From Prevotella sp. (GTDB lineage Bacteria > Bacteroidota > Bacteroidia > Bacteroidales > Bacteroidaceae), in assembly GCA_017627765.1 (NCBI GenBank), contig JAGAGD010000095.1, positions 252 to 64,251 of the forward strand: 64,000 nucleotides of DNA. The letters run 5' to 3'. This document shows positions 27,918 to 38,039 of this stretch, one piece after another; positions within the stretch are counted from its first letter, which is position 1; every line of letters begins with the position of its first letter. Made by a program: the position numbers and the translations under genes. Below the pieces are notes generated by a model. The model did not search any database, had not been told where the DNA came from, and saw only the letters and a program-made list of their open reading frames with translations.

Positions 27918-29417
27918 TCATTTGTCAATTATCAATTCATATATTCTTTCCATATCAACATATTTGCGGACATGGGCAGCCAACTTGTCATACTGCTCGT
28001 TCTTGAAAGCCTCGTAATCGAAAGGTTCGGATGCCTTTGCCAGTTTCTCTGCAAATGGCTTTAAGAGTCTGTCAACATACTGCTTGTTGTCGAGCACGCC
28101 GTGAATATATGTACCCATGCACTGCTCACTAACTATATAGCCGTCTTTCCTGCCATCGCTGAGACTGAACAGAGGTGAGTCTGGAGCATCGCCAAATGGT
28201 CTTGTCTCACCCATGTGAATCTCATAGCCACGCATTCCCTCGTCGAATGTAACTTGACGTGTAGTCTTCTCGCCACTCATCGAAGTGGTTATAGGAAGCA
28301 GACCTAAGCCTGGCAGGCGTTCTATGTCGCCCTCAACTCGGTCGGGGTCGCACACTTCTATACCGAGCATCTGATAGCCTCCGCATATACCCAGCACGGT
28401 TGCACCGTTTCGGTGAGCGCGTATTATGGCTTGTGCAGCACCGTTTCGGCGCAGTTCATACAAGTCGTGAAGTGTAGATTTTGTGCCTGGAACAATTATC
28501 ACGTCTGCTTTCTGCAAGTCGTCTACATTATTGGTATAGAACAGATGAATACGCGGGTCTTGCTCAAGTGCATCAAAATCGGTAAAGTTGGAGATGTGCT
28601 GCAATAAGACAACAGCCACGTTGACACAGCCTTGTGATGCAGTGTGCGACTTGTTGCCGAGCGACACGCTGTCTTCTTCTTCGATGTGAATGTCGTTATA
28701 GTAAGGTATGACACCGAGAACTGGTATACGCTGTTTTGTTCCATCAGGCAAGTCGAAGGTGCAGATGTCTTCAAGTATCTGGCGACCTTTGTCGAACAGT
28801 CGCATATCGCCACGAAACTTGTTTACGATAATACCCTTAATGCGCTTTCGGTCTTCAACCTTCTGCAAGGCTATGCTTCCGTAGACCGAAGCAAAAAGTC
28901 CTCCTCTGTCAATGTCGCCAACAAGAATGACGTCGGCATTGGCATGGCGAGCCATTGGCATATTCACCAAGTCGCTGTCAACAAGATTGAGTTCTGAGAT
29001 GCTGCCAGCACCCTCCATCACAACGGGATTATATCTTGCTGCCAAGCGGTCGAAAGCTGCATTGACTTCAGCCCTCAGTTCTTCACGACCCTCACGGCGG
29101 AAATAGTCGTAGGCATCGCGGTTGCCAATAGGTTTACCGTTGAGCACAACCTGCGAGGTATGGTCCGACTGCGGTTTCAGCAGCAACGGATTCATGTCGG
29201 TGTGGCATGGTATTCCTGCTGCCTCAGCCTGCACAGCCTGTGCCCTGCCTATCTCGAAGCCTTCGGGAGTAGCATAACTGTTGAGTGCCATGTTTTGTGC
29301 CTTGAACGGTGCAGGACTATAACCGTCTTGCTTGAATATTCTGCAAAAAGCTGCCGCCACGACGCTCTTGCCTACGTCGCTGCCCGTTCCGACAAACATT
29401 ATTGGGTGGAGTTTCAT
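27918..29417 (-). CDS. cbiP: Cobyric acid synthase CbiP/CobQ
   Basis: GTGSDVGKS, PFKAQNMALNS, ISNFTDFD, GICGGYQMLG and GYEIH motifs. Confidence 0.95.
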   Translation of the reverse strand: MKLHPIMFVGTGSDVGKSVVAAAFCRIFKQDGYSPAPFKAQNMALNSYATPEGFEIGRAQAVQAEAAGIPCHTDMNPLLLKPQSDHTSQVVLNGKPIGNRDAYDYFRREGREELRAEVNAAFDRLAARYNPVVMEGAGSISELNLVDSDLVNMPMARHANADVILVGDIDRGGLFASVYGSIALQKVEDRKRIKGIIVNKFRGDMRLFDKGRQILEDICTFDLPDGTKQRIPVLGVIPYYNDIHIEEEDSVSLGNKSHTASQGCVNVAVVLLQHISNFTDFDALEQDPRIHLFYTNNVDDLQKADVIIVPGTKSTLHDLYELRRNGAAQAIIRAHRNGATVLGICGGYQMLGIEVCDPDRVEGDIERLPGLGLLPITTSMSGEKTTRQVTFDEGMRGYEIHMGETRPFGDAPDSPLFSLSDGRKDGYIVSEQCMGTYIHGVLDNKQYVDRLLKPFAEKLAKASEPFDYEAFKNEQYDKLAAHVRKYVDMERIYELIIDK

Positions 29418-30013
29418 TCTTTATCTGTTGCTTTTGTATTAGAAATTGAGGTAAAAATGCTTGCAACCTCATAGAGGTGGGTGTAACTTGCAAAAACATT
29501 CTTGTGTCTGAAAACTGGCGTTGACACTTCGTTGCCGCGTGCATCGTAGACCTGGATTGACGAATCGGGAACATTGCCGAGAAACTGCGTGTAGTGGAAC
29601 TCATGTCCGCGATATTCCCTGCTGTCGTAGACAAAACGGCGATACCCCAACGACAGTTTTCGGTCTTGCTTCCTTGCAGTTATGGTATAAGGCAGAACGC
29701 CACACATAGGAAACTCCCCTTCATCGGTAATTATCGACTTGCAGAGATACATCATGCCGCCACACTCTGCAACAATGCTTCCTCCTCTTTCGGCAAATTC
29801 CAGTATGGCGTTTCTCGTTTCGACAGACCTGACCAGTGCATCGAGGTGTTTTTCAGGATAGCCGCCTGGCAGGTAGAGTCTTGAAACATCAGAAAACGAC
29901 GGAACATCGGTTTCTGGATTGAAGAACTCTACGTTTTCGAGCGAGTCGATTACTTCCTGATAGATAAACGAGAACGACTCTTCGTTGCGTGCTATGAGCG
30001 TTTTGTTTTTCAT
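29414..30013 (-). CDS. cbiA: Cobyrinate a,c-diamide synthase, C-terminal glutaminase domain as a separate ORF
   Basis: FSFIY, LPGGYPE, AECGGMMYL, GHEFHY and ASYTHLY. Its start overlaps the upstream stop (ATGA). Confidence 0.8.
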   Translation of the reverse strand: MKNKTLIARNEESFSFIYQEVIDSLENVEFFNPETDVPSFSDVSRLYLPGGYPEKHLDALVRSVETRNAILEFAERGGSIVAECGGMMYLCKSIITDEGEFPMCGVLPYTITARKQDRKLSLGYRRFVYDSREYRGHEFHYTQFLGNVPDSSIQVYDARGNEVSTPVFRHKNVFASYTHLYEVASIFTSISNTKATDKE

Positions 30014-30663
30014 AACGTCAATAGTTTTTTCCAGTCAACATGGGTTTCGAGCAGCGACACAAGGCTGTCGCTGTCTGACGAGTGTGAGAAGTCGAGTCCG
30101 AGATAGCGCGAACCTTGATCTAAGTCTTTCGACTTTGGAAGATAGCCGAAGCACTCTATATGCAAGTCGTCGCAAACCTGCTGAAGCATAGCAAAATGGC
30201 GCTGGCTGCCCACCTTGTTGAAAATGACACCTGCAATGTTAATGTCTTTCCTGAAATTGACGAAACCCGACAGCAGGGCTGCCATTGAATAGGCTGCCGA
30301 CCGAGCATCTACTACAAGAACTATGGGCAGACCTATCACGCGGGCTATCTCAGACGATGAGCCTTTGTCGCGGTCGTAGCCATCGAAAAGCCCCATCATG
30401 CCTTCAACAACTCTTATGTCGGCACCTTCAGAATAGCAATCATAAACTTCTCTGACGTGTTCAGGCGAAGCCATGAAAGTGTCTAAATTGACCGACGGTC
30501 TGCCGCATACAGCTGCATGGAACTTTGTGTCGATATAGTCAGGACCACACTTGAACGGCTGCACCACATAGCCTTTGCTCACAAAGAGAGCCATAAGTCC
30601 TCTCGAAACTGTGGTCTTTCCCGAACCACTCATCGGCGCTGCTATCATTATTTGCGGTTTCAT
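30010..30663 (-). CDS. cbiA: Cobyrinate a,c-diamide synthase, N-terminal ATPase domain as a separate ORF
   Basis: SGSGKTT, PFKCGPDYID and VEGMMGLFDG. Stops after VDWKKLLTL. Start ATG at 30663. Confidence 0.82.
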   Translation of the reverse strand: MKPQIMIAAPMSGSGKTTVSRGLMALFVSKGYVVQPFKCGPDYIDTKFHAAVCGRPSVNLDTFMASPEHVREVYDCYSEGADIRVVEGMMGLFDGYDRDKGSSSEIARVIGLPIVLVVDARSAAYSMAALLSGFVNFRKDINIAGVIFNKVGSQRHFAMLQQVCDDLHIECFGYLPKSKDLDQGSRYLGLDFSHSSDSDSLVSLLETHVDWKKLLTL

Positions 30664-30844
30664 GCCTGCAAAATTATATAAAAATGTGCACAAAAATGCC
30701 TTTTGCAACGAAAAAAGTGGATGAAAACTGACATAAACTATCGCGCAGACAGAATAGAGAAAGCATCAAGCCAAAAATCGAACTGTTTTTCAATCATTCA
30801 TTGACTCGTTTTTCTGAGGAATAAAATAGCTTTTGCAAATCCTG

Positions 30845-31276
30845 TTTTGTCAATATTTTTCAACAAAATTGATTAACAAAACCCCTCTTATAACTTAAAA
30901 ATTTACGACCAAGCAAAATAAAGTTGCAAAATATGCGAGTATTTGGCAAGTTCTTGCTATTTTTAGTAAACCATTAGAAGTCAACACCTTATAACTTTCG
31001 CCTCAAAACTCATAACTGTTAAAAAAGTCAAAGGGCACCTTTGGCACTGCAATATGCCACATATCGCAGTGTCATATGCCACGTTTGACATCGCGAAAGG
31101 ACACCTTTCACATTTTCGTTCCTCACGCTCGTTCACAAAGTTTAATCCGATTGATTAACAAATAAACAGTTTTTTGCATTCCATTGCGTGCCAAACGGAA
31201 AAACGGCTTCAAATCTTTCTCTAGAATGAAAGTTTTGGTTGACAAAAATTTTTAATAATTTTGTCAAGATTTTTCA
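30845..31276. repeat. Dispersed intergenic element, copy 2 (four 22-bp palindromic units, core inverted relative to copy 1)
   Basis: 31030-31230 reverse-complements to 17640-17840 (shared AAACTTTGTGAACGAGC and ATGTCAAACGTGGCATATGACACTGCGATATGTGGCATAT). Bounded by TTTTGTCAA(T/G)ATTTTTCA at 30845-62 and 31259-76. Confidence 0.85.
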
Positions 31277-31612
31277 TACCATTCTGAGTACTCTGATAAC
31301 TCAGAAATTTCAGAATTTTCCAATAGAAAACGTGAACTTTTTTAAACAGAAAAATGATAATTGAAAAATGATAAATTTAACAGGTTTATGTGTTTGCTGG
31401 CAGAAACAAATTCGCAGAAAGATTCTTTAGAAAATCAAAAACATAAGGAAACCATATAAGAAAAAACAAGCAACAAGCGGCAAGGAAAAACAAAATAGAG
31501 CCATTTATTACCTAAAAAGATAAAAAAGAAAAGTATTTATTTAGAAAATACAAAAAATATTCGTAACTTTGCGCAATTAAATATAGAACTAAATAAATAA
31601 CGTATACAAATC

Positions 31613-33013
31613 ATGTTTAACAAAGAAACTTATATCAGACGCCGTGACGAGTTGAAAAAACTTGTCGGCAAAGGCATTATACTAATTTTCGGCAACAACG
31701 AATCGCCTTGTAACTATCCTGCAAACGCTTACTATCCTTTCCGCCAAGACTCTTCTTTCCTCTACTTCTTCGGACAGAAGCGCGACGGACTGGTTGGCGT
31801 TATCGACATTGACAACAACTGCGACATGCTTATCGGCGACGACATCGACATTGAAGATATCGTCTGGTACGGTTCGGTTGACAGCGTAAAAGACATGGCT
31901 GAGCAGGTAGGCGTAAGCAAGACTGCACCAATGGCACACCTAAAAGAAATATGCGACGAGGCTAAGGCTAAAGGCCGCCGCATACACTTCCTGCCTCCTT
32001 ACCGCCACGACATCAAGATTCAGATAATGGACTTGCTAGGCATTCATCCTTCAGAGCAGAAAGAAGCCGCTTCAATGGACTTGATTATGAGCGTAATCAA
32101 GATGCGTTCTGCCAAAGAACAGCAGGAGATTGAAGAACTGGAGCGTGCTGCCGTAATAGGATACAAGATGCACACAACCGCTATGCGACTGACTAAGCCA
32201 GGTCTTACAGAAAAATATATTGGCGGACAGGTTGACGGTATTGCATACTCTTACGGAGCAATGCCAAGCTTCGCTACTATCTTCACACAGCATGGCGAGA
32301 TAATGCACGGCAACCCTTCAATGTCTGTACTTGAAGACGGAAAACTCGCACTGTGCGACTGCGGTGCAGAAACCATCAACCACTACTGCTCTGACAACAC
32401 CCGCACATTCCCTGTAAACGGCAAGTTCACACAGCGTCAACTCGAAATCTACTCTATCGTAGAGGCTTGCCACGACTATGTGCTCGAAGTGGCTAAACCT
32501 GGAGTGAAATACATGGATGTTCACTTTGCAGTATGCCGACTGATGACTGAGAGACTGAAAGAACTCGGACTGATGAAGGGCGACACCGAAGAGGCTGTAC
32601 GCGCTGGAGCACATGCCATGTTCCTGCCTCACGGACTTGGACACATGATGGGTATGGACGTACACGACATGGAAGGTTTCGACCAGCGCTATGTTGGCTT
32701 CGACGAGGAAACACGTCCAAACCTTGAGCAGTTCGGAACAAATGCACTGCGAATGGGCCGTAGACTCGAAGAAGGTTTCGTTGTTACTGACGAGCCAGGT
32801 ATCTACTTCATCCCTGCACTCATTGATGAATGGCGTGCTAAAGGCCACTGCGCAGACTTCCTCTGCTTTGACAAAATTGAGACATACAAGGACTTCGGCG
32901 GCATACGCATCGAAGACGATGTGCTCATAACAAAAGACGGATGCCGATTCATCGGAAAGGACCGCATACCATATCATCCAGCAGAGATGGAAGAATTTAT
33001 GAAGAACAACTAA
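31613..33013 (+). CDS. pepP: Xaa-Pro aminopeptidase (M24B)
   Basis: PFRQDSSFLY, SDNTRTFP, HGLGHMMGMDVHD, TDEPGIY and GGIRIEDD. Promoter TAACTTTG at 31564-71. Confidence 0.93.
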   Translation: MFNKETYIRRRDELKKLVGKGIILIFGNNESPCNYPANAYYPFRQDSSFLYFFGQKRDGLVGVIDIDNNCDMLIGDDIDIEDIVWYGSVDSVKDMAEQVGVSKTAPMAHLKEICDEAKAKGRRIHFLPPYRHDIKIQIMDLLGIHPSEQKEAASMDLIMSVIKMRSAKEQQEIEELERAAVIGYKMHTTAMRLTKPGLTEKYIGGQVDGIAYSYGAMPSFATIFTQHGEIMHGNPSMSVLEDGKLALCDCGAETINHYCSDNTRTFPVNGKFTQRQLEIYSIVEACHDYVLEVAKPGVKYMDVHFAVCRLMTERLKELGLMKGDTEEAVRAGAHAMFLPHGLGHMMGMDVHDMEGFDQRYVGFDEETRPNLEQFGTNALRMGRRLEEGFVVTDEPGIYFIPALIDEWRAKGHCADFLCFDKIETYKDFGGIRIEDDVLITKDGCRFIGKDRIPYHPAEMEEFMKNN

Positions 33014-33053
33014 ATTTTTATAACAAATAATTCTAATACACAAAAGTAAAAAG

Positions 33054-34247
33054 ATGAAAAAGATGTTAGTAGTTGCACTTCTTGCACTCGTTGCAACAGG
33101 TGCTAATGCACAGGAGAAAGAAAACAAGAACAAGCCTGTGTTTACAACTGTGAAGGAAATTCCTATCACAAGTATCAAAGACCAGAACCGTTCAGGTACG
33201 TGCTGGGCTTACTCAACTTTGTCATTCTTCGAGGCTGAGATTCTGAAAGCAACAGGCAAGACTTACGACCTCTGCGAGTCTTTCGTTGCAAACAAGACTT
33301 ACATGGACCGTGCCGTTCAGGTTGTACGCTATCACGGCGACTGCCAATTTGCTCAAGGTGGTGCTGCTTCTGATGTTCACTACGTGCTGAAGCACTACGG
33401 AATCTGCCCAGAAGACGCTATGCCTTTCCCAGGCAGTCTCTATGGTGACTCTCTCAACAACTTCAATGAGTTCTTCTCTCTCTTAGAGCCATACGTAGGC
33501 GCTATTGCTAAGAACAAGGCTCAGAAGATTTCTAACCAGTGGAAGGTCGGAATGCAGGGCATCCTCGATGCTTACTTAGGCAAATGCCCAGAATCATTCA
33601 CTTATCAGGGCAAGACCTACACTCCACAGTCTTTCATGAAGTCACTTGGCATCAACATTGATGACTATGTTTCTATCACTTCTTACACACATCATCCATT
33701 CTACACATCATTCCCTGTAGAAGTACAAGACAACTGGCGTTTCGAGCAGTCATACAATGTTCCTATGGACGAAATGATGCGCATCATCGACAACGCTATC
33801 GAAAAGGGTTACACAGTAGCATGGGGTGGTGACGTTTCTGAAGAAGGCTTCACACGCCAGGGACTTGCTTACATGATCGACGGCAAGGCTGCTCAGAGCC
33901 TCGCTGGTAGCGACATGGCACGCTGGCTGAAGTTGTCTCGCGCACAGAAGACTAACCTCATCGACTCACTCGGTTGCACTGTTCCTGAGGTTGTTCCTAC
34001 ACAGGCTCAGCGTCAAGAGCGTTTCGACAACTGGGAGTTGACAGACGACCACGGTATGCTTATCTTCGGTATCGCTAAAGACCAGAACGGTAAAGAATAC
34101 TACATGGTTAAGAACTCTTGGGGTGAAACAGGCGACTATAAAGGAATCTGGTACATGACTAAGAACTTCATTGCTGCAAACACAATGGACTACATGGTTA
34201 ACAAGAATGCCATTCCTAAGGACATCCGAAAGAAACTCGGTATTTAA
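33054..34247 (+). CDS. pepC: Secreted C1 family cysteine aminopeptidase (PepC/bleomycin hydrolase-like)
   Basis: Signal peptide, DQNRSGTCW (catalytic Cys), DDHGM (His) and KNSWG (Asn). Confidence 0.9.
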   Translation: MKKMLVVALLALVATGANAQEKENKNKPVFTTVKEIPITSIKDQNRSGTCWAYSTLSFFEAEILKATGKTYDLCESFVANKTYMDRAVQVVRYHGDCQFAQGGAASDVHYVLKHYGICPEDAMPFPGSLYGDSLNNFNEFFSLLEPYVGAIAKNKAQKISNQWKVGMQGILDAYLGKCPESFTYQGKTYTPQSFMKSLGINIDDYVSITSYTHHPFYTSFPVEVQDNWRFEQSYNVPMDEMMRIIDNAIEKGYTVAWGGDVSEEGFTRQGLAYMIDGKAAQSLAGSDMARWLKLSRAQKTNLIDSLGCTVPEVVPTQAQRQERFDNWELTDDHGMLIFGIAKDQNGKEYYMVKNSWGETGDYKGIWYMTKNFIAANTMDYMVNKNAIPKDIRKKLGI

Positions 34248-34291
34248 AACTAAAAAAGGGATTGACTCAACGTCAATCCCTTTTTTAGTTT
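34247..34291. terminator. Bidirectional terminator between pepC and the sialidase
   Basis: AAACTAAAAAAGGGATTGAC-tcaac-GTCAATCCCTTTTTTAGTTT perfect inverted repeat. Confidence 0.9.
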
Positions 34292-34397
34292 ATATGTTTG
34301 TTAGTTATTCAGTTTCTAGTTTATAAGTTCTTTTATTTTACTGTTTGTAAACCTATATATAAAAAAGAGTAACAAAGGAACTCATAAACTCCAAAAC

Positions 34398-35993
34398 TTA
34401 AAAAACTATCTGCTCTTTAGCAATCACAATATAGTTAAGGTGATAACCATTACCTGCACTATAGGAATCATCTTCATAGAAAACGGCTACATCGCCATTA
34501 GGCAGTTTTATCATTGTTGAGTATGCTGCTCCGCCACGTTGTATGTTCATCATTTCCTGCCATGTTCTGCCTTTGTCTGTACTTTTATATAATGTAAGAT
34601 TCTTTCGCTCAGGAGAGTTGCAGAGAGTGTGTAGAATAATGTCCTTCTCACCATCTATTTCGCGGCTGTAATACAACATGTCAGCATTGCAGGCATTACC
34701 ACTCATATCGCTTGTTCGCCACTGCTGCTGCCAAGATCCCGCATCATAACCGCCCTTATTGAATCCTCTGTCGCCATCCTGTCTTACAGACAAGAGCAAA
34801 GAACCATCGTTCATAAGTTCAAGTTTAGACTCATCGCAACCTTTATAGGCACACTGCGGACCTAATGTCCACGATTCACCATTATCTTCTGACGAGAGAA
34901 TGTAGCAGTCTATATTATATGTACCATCCATGCTAATGCAGTTTGCAGCAAACAGTATGCGACCGTCAGGCAGGCACAATCCTTTACCCGAAGTGGCAAA
35001 GATGCTCCAGAATCCCAACGAGTCAGTAAGACAATGAACCGCATCAGTAAAACTATTTGCAGTCAGTTCGCGAGGTTCTGTCCATGTCTTGCCATCGTCG
35101 TCGCTAACGGTGATGCCGATGTTGCGCATTCCTTTGAAGAAATTATTTTTGCCAGCAGCCATAATGCAAACAATCCTTCCAGTATTTGTCCTTACAAGTG
35201 CAGCATCACCATAGCCAAAAGCATCGGAACTGACACCGTCGCCTTTTGCAACAATCTGCTGTTTAGTCCATGTCCTGCCATTATCTTCACTTCGTCTTAC
35301 AGCAACATCAATCTTGTGTTCGCCCAAATCGCCATTACTGTCATAACGGCAGTCGGCGGCAACAATTATATTACCCTTTCTGTCTAATACCATAGCAGGA
35401 ATTCTATAGAATCGGCAGTTGAATGTTGTTGGCACGAAAAGGAACTGCTGCTGCTTGAAAATCTTTAGTCCCTGTCCCTGCAAATACCCATCTTGTTTTG
35501 GTAAACCTACCACCATTCGCACCTTATTTTGCTGCAAAACAACCTGTTTTATACCTGCATCTATTGTTTCGCCTATCACGGCATTGTTTTTAACCCTGCA
35601 AGTAAGCCAAAGATAGGTGTTCTTGCCTATATAGACATTGTCTTTTATCCGCATCTTAACTTCCTTCTTCTTCGGCACAACCCACGACACAATCTGAGGA
35701 TTTTCTACGGCATAGAACTCTGGATTTTCTGTCATGTAGACATGGAGCTGCCCAACATTCTTAAAGGCTTCGTCGGTCAGTTCAACCGTAATCTGATTGA
35801 GCAGCACAGGATTTTCAGTGTCTTTCATAAGCCTTATGCGCAATATCGCATCATAGTTGTTGCCCTGCCCAGTAGTCTGAAACACTCGCCTAATTTCGAA
35901 ATCATTATAAGTCAAATAGTCTGCTGACCAAGCACAAACAGACAACAACAGCAGAGCCACTATCAAGGAGAATTGTTTTAGTAATCTTTTCAT
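34398..35993 (-). CDS. GH33 sialidase/neuraminidase
   Basis: Signal peptide, YRIP motif, four Asp boxes (SEDNGRTW, SDDDGKTW, SEDNGESW, STDKGRTW) and C-terminal AAYS. Confidence 0.88.
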   Translation of the reverse strand: MKRLLKQFSLIVALLLLSVCAWSADYLTYNDFEIRRVFQTTGQGNNYDAILRIRLMKDTENPVLLNQITVELTDEAFKNVGQLHVYMTENPEFYAVENPQIVSWVVPKKKEVKMRIKDNVYIGKNTYLWLTCRVKNNAVIGETIDAGIKQVVLQQNKVRMVVGLPKQDGYLQGQGLKIFKQQQFLFVPTTFNCRFYRIPAMVLDRKGNIIVAADCRYDSNGDLGEHKIDVAVRRSEDNGRTWTKQQIVAKGDGVSSDAFGYGDAALVRTNTGRIVCIMAAGKNNFFKGMRNIGITVSDDDGKTWTEPRELTANSFTDAVHCLTDSLGFWSIFATSGKGLCLPDGRILFAANCISMDGTYNIDCYILSSEDNGESWTLGPQCAYKGCDESKLELMNDGSLLLSVRQDGDRGFNKGGYDAGSWQQQWRTSDMSGNACNADMLYYSREIDGEKDIILHTLCNSPERKNLTLYKSTDKGRTWQEMMNIQRGGAAYSTMIKLPNGDVAVFYEDDSYSAGNGYHLNYIVIAKEQIVF

Positions 35994-36285
35994 TTTACTT
36001 CATTTTTTTGTTAGTCATTCCTCTTTCAATTTCGGCGCATTTACGCCAAAGCATGTTCTACTTCGCAAAGATACAATTTTAATCTTATCAAAACACTAAA
36101 ATATGTAAAAAAACTGCTCTATGTATATAAGTCTTGTTTTTTTTTAGTAATTTTACAACCTCTTTATACCTTGCTTAACTACATATTTACAGCCAAAAAG
36201 CGGTATAAGTAGCCCCAACTGCGCGATTCTATGTGAATTACGCAAGGAGCAATATGGAAAAGAAATCAAAAAAATAAAGATATAA

Positions 36286-38016
36286 ATGCAATTTAAATGG
36301 AATTACGAACCACCCACACCAGAGCACACCAAAGCGGCTAATGAGTTGGCAGAGAAGATCAACATGAGCCCTATTCTGGCCTCTCTGCTCATTCGTCGTG
36401 GCATAACAACGGAGTCGGCAGCCAAGCGTTTCTTCCGCCCTCAGTTGTCTGACCTCATAAATCCATTCCTCATGAAGGACATGGATATTGCCGTAGACAG
36501 ACTGAACGACGCAATGGGGCGCAAGGAGCGCATTCTGGTCTATGGCGACTATGATGTCGACGGATGCACTGCTGTGGCGTTGGTCTACAAATTTTTGCAG
36601 CAATTCTATTCCAACATCGACTACTACATTCCCGACCGCTATGATGAAGGCTACGGAATAAGTCAGAAAGGACTTGAATATGCTAAATCAACTGGGGTGA
36701 AACTCATCATCATTCTCGACTGCGGCATTAAGGCTATTGACGAGATTGCCCAAGCAAAAGAACTCGGAATTGACTTCATCATCTGCGACCATCATGTGCC
36801 AGACGAAACCATTCCCGATGCTGTTGCAATACTTAATCCTAAACGACCAGACGACACTTATCCGTTTAAAGACCTTTGTGGCTGCGGAGTGGGATTTAAG
36901 TTCATGCAGGCTTTTGCTAAGAACAACTGCATACCTTTTGCACGTCTGATTCCACTACTCGACTTCTGCGCTGTTAGTATTGCAGCCGATCTTGTTCAGG
37001 TTACTGACGAAAACCGCATACTTGCTTTTCACGGGCTTAAGCAACTGAACCAAAACCCAAGTTTAGGACTAAAGGCTATCATTGACATATGCGGACTTAA
37101 CGGACGCGAGATTTCAATGAGCGACATCATCTTCAAGATTGGTCCGCGTATCAATGCTTCGGGAAGAGTTGAAAACGGCAAAGCCTCTGTAGACTTGCTA
37201 ATAGATAAAGACTTCGGCAGTGCGCTCAGAAAGGCAAAGCACATCAACGAGTATAACGAGCAGCGCAAGGACATTGACAAACAAATGACCGATGAGGCTA
37301 ACCAGATTGTGGCTAAACTGGAGAATCAGAAGCATCAGTCGTCAATCGTACTCTATGACGAAAACTGGAAGAAGGGAGTGATTGGCATTGTTGCCTCACG
37401 ACTTACTGAAATATATTTCCGTCCTACTGTGGTTCTGACTCGCGACGAAAATCTTGCTACGGGGTCTGCACGAAGCGTTGCAGGATTTGATGTCTATTCT
37501 GCGATAAAGAGTTGCCGCGACTTGCTCTTGAATTTCGGCGGACACACTTATGCTGCAGGACTAACTCTGCGCTGGGACGACATAAAGAAATTCCGCGAGC
37601 GTTTCCAGCAATATGTCGACGAACATATCAAGCCCGAACAGACTGAAGCAATTCTCGATATTGACGCTATCATTGACTTCCGCGACATAACTAAAAAACT
37701 GCATAACGACCTAAAGAAGTTTGCACCATTCGGGCCAAGCAATCCGAAACCGCTTTTTGCCACACTCGGAGTTTATGACTTCGGCACGAGCAAGGTGGTG
37801 GGAAGAAGCCAGGAACACATAAAACTTGAACTTGTCGACACGAAGTCGAACAACGTGATGAACGGTATTGCTTTCGGACAAAGTGGTGCCGCCCGATACA
37901 TCAAGTCGAAACGTGCTTTCGACATAGCCTATACCATTGAGGACAACGTATTCAAGCACGGCTATATCCAGTTGCAAATAGAAGACATCAGACCTGAAGA
38001 TAATTCCGAACAGTGA
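36286..38016 (+). CDS. recJ: ssDNA exonuclease RecJ
   Basis: YGDYDVDG, DCG, CDHH, GPRINASGR, GSARS and FGGH motifs. Confidence 0.96.
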   Translation: MQFKWNYEPPTPEHTKAANELAEKINMSPILASLLIRRGITTESAAKRFFRPQLSDLINPFLMKDMDIAVDRLNDAMGRKERILVYGDYDVDGCTAVALVYKFLQQFYSNIDYYIPDRYDEGYGISQKGLEYAKSTGVKLIIILDCGIKAIDEIAQAKELGIDFIICDHHVPDETIPDAVAILNPKRPDDTYPFKDLCGCGVGFKFMQAFAKNNCIPFARLIPLLDFCAVSIAADLVQVTDENRILAFHGLKQLNQNPSLGLKAIIDICGLNGREISMSDIIFKIGPRINASGRVENGKASVDLLIDKDFGSALRKAKHINEYNEQRKDIDKQMTDEANQIVAKLENQKHQSSIVLYDENWKKGVIGIVASRLTEIYFRPTVVLTRDENLATGSARSVAGFDVYSAIKSCRDLLLNFGGHTYAAGLTLRWDDIKKFRERFQQYVDEHIKPEQTEAILDIDAIIDFRDITKKLHNDLKKFAPFGPSNPKPLFATLGVYDFGTSKVVGRSQEHIKLELVDTKSNNVMNGIAFGQSGAARYIKSKRAFDIAYTIEDNVFKHGYIQLQIEDIRPEDNSEQ

Positions 38017-38039
38017 TTTTCTGATTTATTGATTAACGA

